The position numbers were made by a program, and so were the translations under genes. A model generated the notes under the pieces. That model saw only the letters and a list, made by a program, of their open reading frames with translations, did no database searches and was not told the origin of the DNA. From Pristiophorus japonicus (Eukaryota), in contig NC_091990.1 of the NCBI RefSeq assembly GCF_044704955.1, positions 177,630,001 through 177,694,000 on the forward strand: a DNA stretch of 64,000 bases. The letters are read 5' to 3'. Of the stretch, positions 59,502 through 64,000 are shown one piece after another (position 1 is the first letter of the stretch; every line of letters begins with the position of its first letter).

Positions 59502-61738
59502 TGATACGTCCTTACTATACAGTATAAATGCACATGAGGCCCATGCTTGAGAGAAGGTCAGTCTGTGACCTGTCCTTTATTCCTTAGCACTGAAGAGATG
59601 GAAGTGGGTGGAGCTTCCCCTTTTATATCTGAAGGTCCAGGTTAGGAGTGTCTCCCACAAGTTCACCACCTAGTGGTCATTGTTCTCATAGTGCACAACT
59701 TGGGTCAGATTATACATGGGTTACAATGCTGGTTGAATACATGACATCACCTCCCTCCCCAAAGTCTTATTGGGATCACAGGTTGAGTTTCTCTGGTGGT
59801 TTACGCTCTCTTGTAGAGCGCCTGAGTTGGGGCTCCGGTTGTTGGGCGCTGGCCTGAGTGTCTGCTGTTTGCGGTGCCTCAGGCCTGTCCGGACTGCCCA
59901 CAGTGACTGGGCTCTCCTCCCTTTGGTTCCTGTGTTCGGTTACCTGTGGTGGAGTGAACTCTATATTGTGTTCTTCCTCTGCTTCTTCTATGGAGTTTCT
60001 TGACTAGAGACAATAGCGGGTCTCTATTTGTCCAGACTTTAATCTGACAGGCTGTCACAGGTGAGCCTTCGCTTCCGAAAGCTTCAACAGCCATGACCAT
60101 CTCAGCACCATGCTCGGTAGCCCCCTCAGTGGTGGATAGTGGGAGCCTGCTGAATGCATCGGCGCAGTTTTCGGTGCCCGGTCTGTGCCGAATTGTATCG
60201 TCATAGGCGGCTAATGTGAGTGCCCACCTCTGTATGCGGGCCGATGCGTTTGCATTTATGGCCTTGTTGTCGGCCAAAAGGGACGTTAGAGGTTTGTGAT
60301 CTGTCTCCAGCTCAAATTTCCAGCCAAACAGGTACTGGTGCATTTTCTTTACAGCATATACACATGCGAGCGCCTCTTTTTCTACCATCCCGTAGCCCCT
60401 TTCTGCCTGGGACAGACTTCTGGAGGTATAAGCTACCGGCTGTACCCTCATCCCCAGGAATTCTACCTCTGGAGCTAGGAAGACGCACTTCGACTTTTTC
60501 AGTCGCAGCCCTACCCGGTCTAGTCTGCGTAGCACCTCCTCCAGGTTGTGGAGGTATTCTTCAGTATCGTAACCCGTGATGAGGATGTCGTCCTGAAAAA
60601 CCACAATCCCTGGAATCGACTTGAGGAGGCTTTCCATGTTTCGTTGGAAGATCGCGGCGGCCGAGCGAATCCCGAACGGACATCTGTTGTACTCAAACAA
60701 CCCCTTGTGTGTCGTGATGGTGGTCAGCTTCTTTGACTCACTCGCCAGCTCCTGCCCAGTAGTGCGGGACCGTCCGCCGGGACAACTCAGAGTGGCAACC
60801 TGTTCTCCGAATCTTTGTGGGTCACGACTACCGTGGCGCTGCCTAGCACCGGAATGATCTCTTTTGTCTGTAGCTGTGCGTCAATCAGCGATAATTTTGG
60901 CCTCCTGACCTTGGACGCCCACAACTTTTCAAACTGTTTGATACCCATCAGGGACTGGCTGGCCCCCGTGTCTAGCTCCATTGATACTGGGATGCCATTG
61001 AGGAGCACTTTCATCATTATCGGTGGCATCCTGGTATATGAACTGTATACATGCTCCACATGAACTCACTGAACTTCAGCTTCCAGTGTTTTCCCCCAGC
61101 ATTCATTTCTGCAATTTCTGCAGGTATTTTGCTCAATCTCTGCAAACTCCAGCTGAGTGTGTGCCTCCACACCTCCAACATGAGCTGCTGTTGGAAACAA
61201 AGGGTCCCTTGCCAGTCGATCGTCCCTGACTGCCCCTGTGATTGTCCTTGAGTGCGCCATTAACAGGTGTTGATGGCCCCATTATTGGCCGCATTGTCCC
61301 TTACAATGGCGTGAATCGCCGTTCAGCTTGCCATTGTCTCTGTCGAACTCCCCCTCTGGGTTCAACTACATGTTGAGGCATGCCCGATTGCCCTTGTCTG
61401 CCTAGAGAACTGTGTGCTGCTTTAACAATGTTGAATCTCTGTCCCAACCATTCCTTAACACAGTACCTCTCGTCTGTTCTGCTAGTGGCCATGCTCACGT
61501 GGTTTAAATCCCAGTTTCTCGTCGCCATTGATACGTCCTTACTATACAGTATAAATGCACATGAGGCCCATGCTTGAGAGGTCAGTCTGTGACCTGTCCT
61601 TTATTCCTTAGCACTCAAGAGATGGAAGTGGGTGGAACTTCCTTTTTTATATCTGAAGGTCCAGGTTGGTCATTGTTCTCACAGTGTAAACTTGGGTCAG
61701 ATTATACATGGGTTACAATGCTGATTGAATACATGACA
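59502..61738 (-). mobile_element. Internally deleted Ty3/Gypsy element (2.2 kb)
   Basis: LTRs 59502-59746 and 61529-61738, TSD CTATA/ATATA, PBS TGGCGACGAG, and patchwork gag/PR/RT(FQDD)/RH/IN-tail fragments. Confidence 0.92.
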
Positions 61739-61933
61739 ATATATAAGAGATATTTTATGGTTTGAAGCAAGATTAAGATCTGCTTTCAATAAACCGGTCC
61801 TAATTTTATTGAGCCCAAAATTTTAACACTTAGATTTTAAAATTCTCGTTGCTAACAGTGACTGTGTGCTGCTTTCCTTCGTTCAGTGTAAAGCAACATG
61901 AAGGCCAATTGTATTTACAGTGCTAAACATCAT

Positions 61934-62650
61934 GTGCCGAAAATTCCGGCCTCGCCGGCTGCGTACGAAGGGTGGAGTTTCCGGGCGAGATGCGCATGCG
62001 CCAAAAACCGGCTTTTCCGATCTGTCAAGATTTCTGTAGACAGATCCTCCGCATCCCCAGAAGGACATCCGCGCGGGCGAGTTTGGGCTATTTGCTCAAC
62101 TCATGCCCAACGAATATCCTTCAAACTTTTACGCCTGGTAAAAGCAGGCACATAGCTTACTTTTACCAGCATAAGAGTTTTAAAACATATAAAAATTAAA
62201 AATGTAATCATTCATTTTTATGTTAAAACCCTGTCCATTAAGATAAGTTTATTTTAACCCCATTAAAAAAAATCCAAAAAATATGTATTTTTTCTAAAAC
62301 GTTTAATTACATTTAATTTCAATTCAGTTTAAATATGTAAGGTGTTTTTTTTTAAATTTATTATGTGTTTCTAGTTTTAGGGTTTATTCTCATTGAGAGT
62401 AATGGAAACTTGTAAAAACAGAGTCCCCATTATTAGCAATGGGAATACGACCTAGTGATTGGTGGTCCAGGCCCATATGACTTCAGCATTTCTGTACGTA
62501 TGGGGAAGTTATCTCCCCGTACACTGCGCATCGAGTGAAGGCCTCCGACCGCAATCGAAGGCGCCTCCGTGACCGCCAGGTATTTTCTTTAAAGAATTTT
62601 GGGTTGGAGGCATTCATCCGAAGGAAGCCTCCAACCACAATTTTCCCCCC
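61934..62650. mobile_element. Probable non-autonomous Harbinger-type MITE
   Basis: GC-rich ends with imperfect GAAAATT/AATTTTC TIRs around an AT-rich core, laid out like 26598-27670. Confidence 0.45.
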
Positions 62651-63178
62651 ATTATTGCAAAGTGTGACGTTTGAATTTATAAAAATTACAAGTAGAAAAC
62701 ATGTATCTACTTCAGAAAAATATTTTCTTCTTCCCATTTGCTGGGATTAGAAAGTCTCTTGACCTCTAGGGGAACAATACTGCAAAATGTTCTAAAAGTC
62801 AAGTAAGCTGAGCTTTGTACAACACACCTGATGTAACCTTTTGCTGTGCTATCACTTAATTATCTGACCAAAGTGCAATCTTATTGCCCAGACTGCTGGC
62901 AGTAACTTGTGATGGAGCATCTTTGTTTGACATGTAGTAGTGATGGACCTGTTCCTGATTCAGTCAATCTTAATATCATTGGGTCTTTAAGCCAATTCTC
63001 AGCAAAAGGCTGAGAGGATGGCAGAGGAGAGAGAATGGGGCAAAGAGAGAACAGGATGAGCGGAATTGTCTAAAAAGTTTAATTAAAAGTGCTTGCCAAT
63101 GTTTTTTGTATTAGAGGGTTATTATTACAGTATGAAGATGTCTCCTTATACTTGTGTAATTTCATATCGACACGCCTG

Positions 63179-63996
63179 AAGGCCAAAATTGCCCCTTTCT
63201 ATAAGGCCCGTGGCCATCTGAAAGCAGCGGCCATTTTACAACGATCCAAATTGCCGCGGAGGGGCCACCATTTTGAACATTGCCCTCCTTTACTTTTGGA
63301 GCGGTGTAGGGCACCACTCCGCCCATTTTCCCGCCGCTTCGTGCACGCGCCGCCCTCTTACCGACCGGCAGTGGCTCCTTTCCAAAATTGCCCCTTGGGA
63401 AATTACCCCGTTCGTACATTGTCCCGCGGGATTGGCGTTGCCGTCGGTTGGCGCCCACGGCAGCTTTTTCTGTCAGTGCCCATTCTGTGGATTGGCAGGG
63501 CGGCCGCCCTTAAAGGGGAGCTGCCGCTGCCGGCGACTCCATGCTTTTTTTAAAAAATCGGTCCACTGCCAGGTCGGGCCGACAATTATGGCCATGGGTT
63601 CGACTGGGTTGCCATAAGGCAGCCTGGCATCCCCTCTTGAGTGCCAGGCCGCTGACCGATCCAAAAGCCTCCCTGGTGGCCCAGTGTTTGCCGTTAAAGT
63701 GGCCACAGATTTCGCAGCGGCCCTCCCCTTTAACTGATGGGGAGAGACGTTGTGACACACCAGCGCGATGACATCATCAGCGCGGCACTGATGACTTGCA
63801 GCGTCGGCCACTCCGACCCATCCCCACTTCAGCCCCGCTAGTGACGGACCGCACTTCTGTCCCGATGAAGAGGCCACTTCCGCTCCGCTCAAAAAAAACC
63901 CACAAAGTGCTGCATTTCTCCGGATTTTTTGCCCCATCCATTGGGGAACACGTCAAGAGGGGCGACTCGTTTCGAGTGGTGGGCAATTTTGGCCCC
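63179..63996. mobile_element. Non-autonomous Harbinger-type element
   Basis: TIR GGCCAAAATTGCCC / GGGCAATTTTGGCC with a 3-bp TSD-like CTG/CTA; CpG-rich and non-coding. Confidence 0.8.
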
Positions 63997-64000
63997 CTAG

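Noticed and set aside
63089-63986. Overlapping 100-150-aa ORFs
   Set aside because: They lie within a GC-rich TIR-bounded non-autonomous element and have no protein motifs.
51491-64000. Final dioxygenase exon (HRV...RxS)
   Set aside because: No matching exon found by eye; it is probably beyond the window or lost.

Overview
Vertebrate genomic DNA, most likely from a shark or other cartilaginous fish (inferred from the CR1, RTE, Harbinger and Deu-type SINE repertoire), and mostly nested transposable elements. The main feature is an 8.28-kb endogenous retrovirus on the minus strand (4948-13230). It has 462-bp LTRs differing at one site by my reading, an AGCAT target-site duplication and a tRNA-Ser PBS. 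Its pol is class I (epsilon-like) and carries an extra 2H-phosphoesterase-like domain (two HxT motifs) between protease and RT. The RT catalytic core is deleted, a small Vpu-positioned membrane ORF precedes env, and env is of a non-gamma type with a long TM. Also present are four Ty3/Gypsy LTR elements, two full-layout Harbinger transposons (transposase plus Myb/SANT gene) with remnants and MITEs, several CR1 and RTE LINEs, a Tx1-like LINE end inserted into a CR1, and tRNA-derived SINEs. Host-gene content is six exons of a 2OG-Fe(II) dioxygenase (DIOX_N/IPNS-like) gene with apparent disabling lesions (32878-51490, +) and a decayed Ig C1-set exon (21371-21667, -). All calls were made by eye from motifs; no database search was run.
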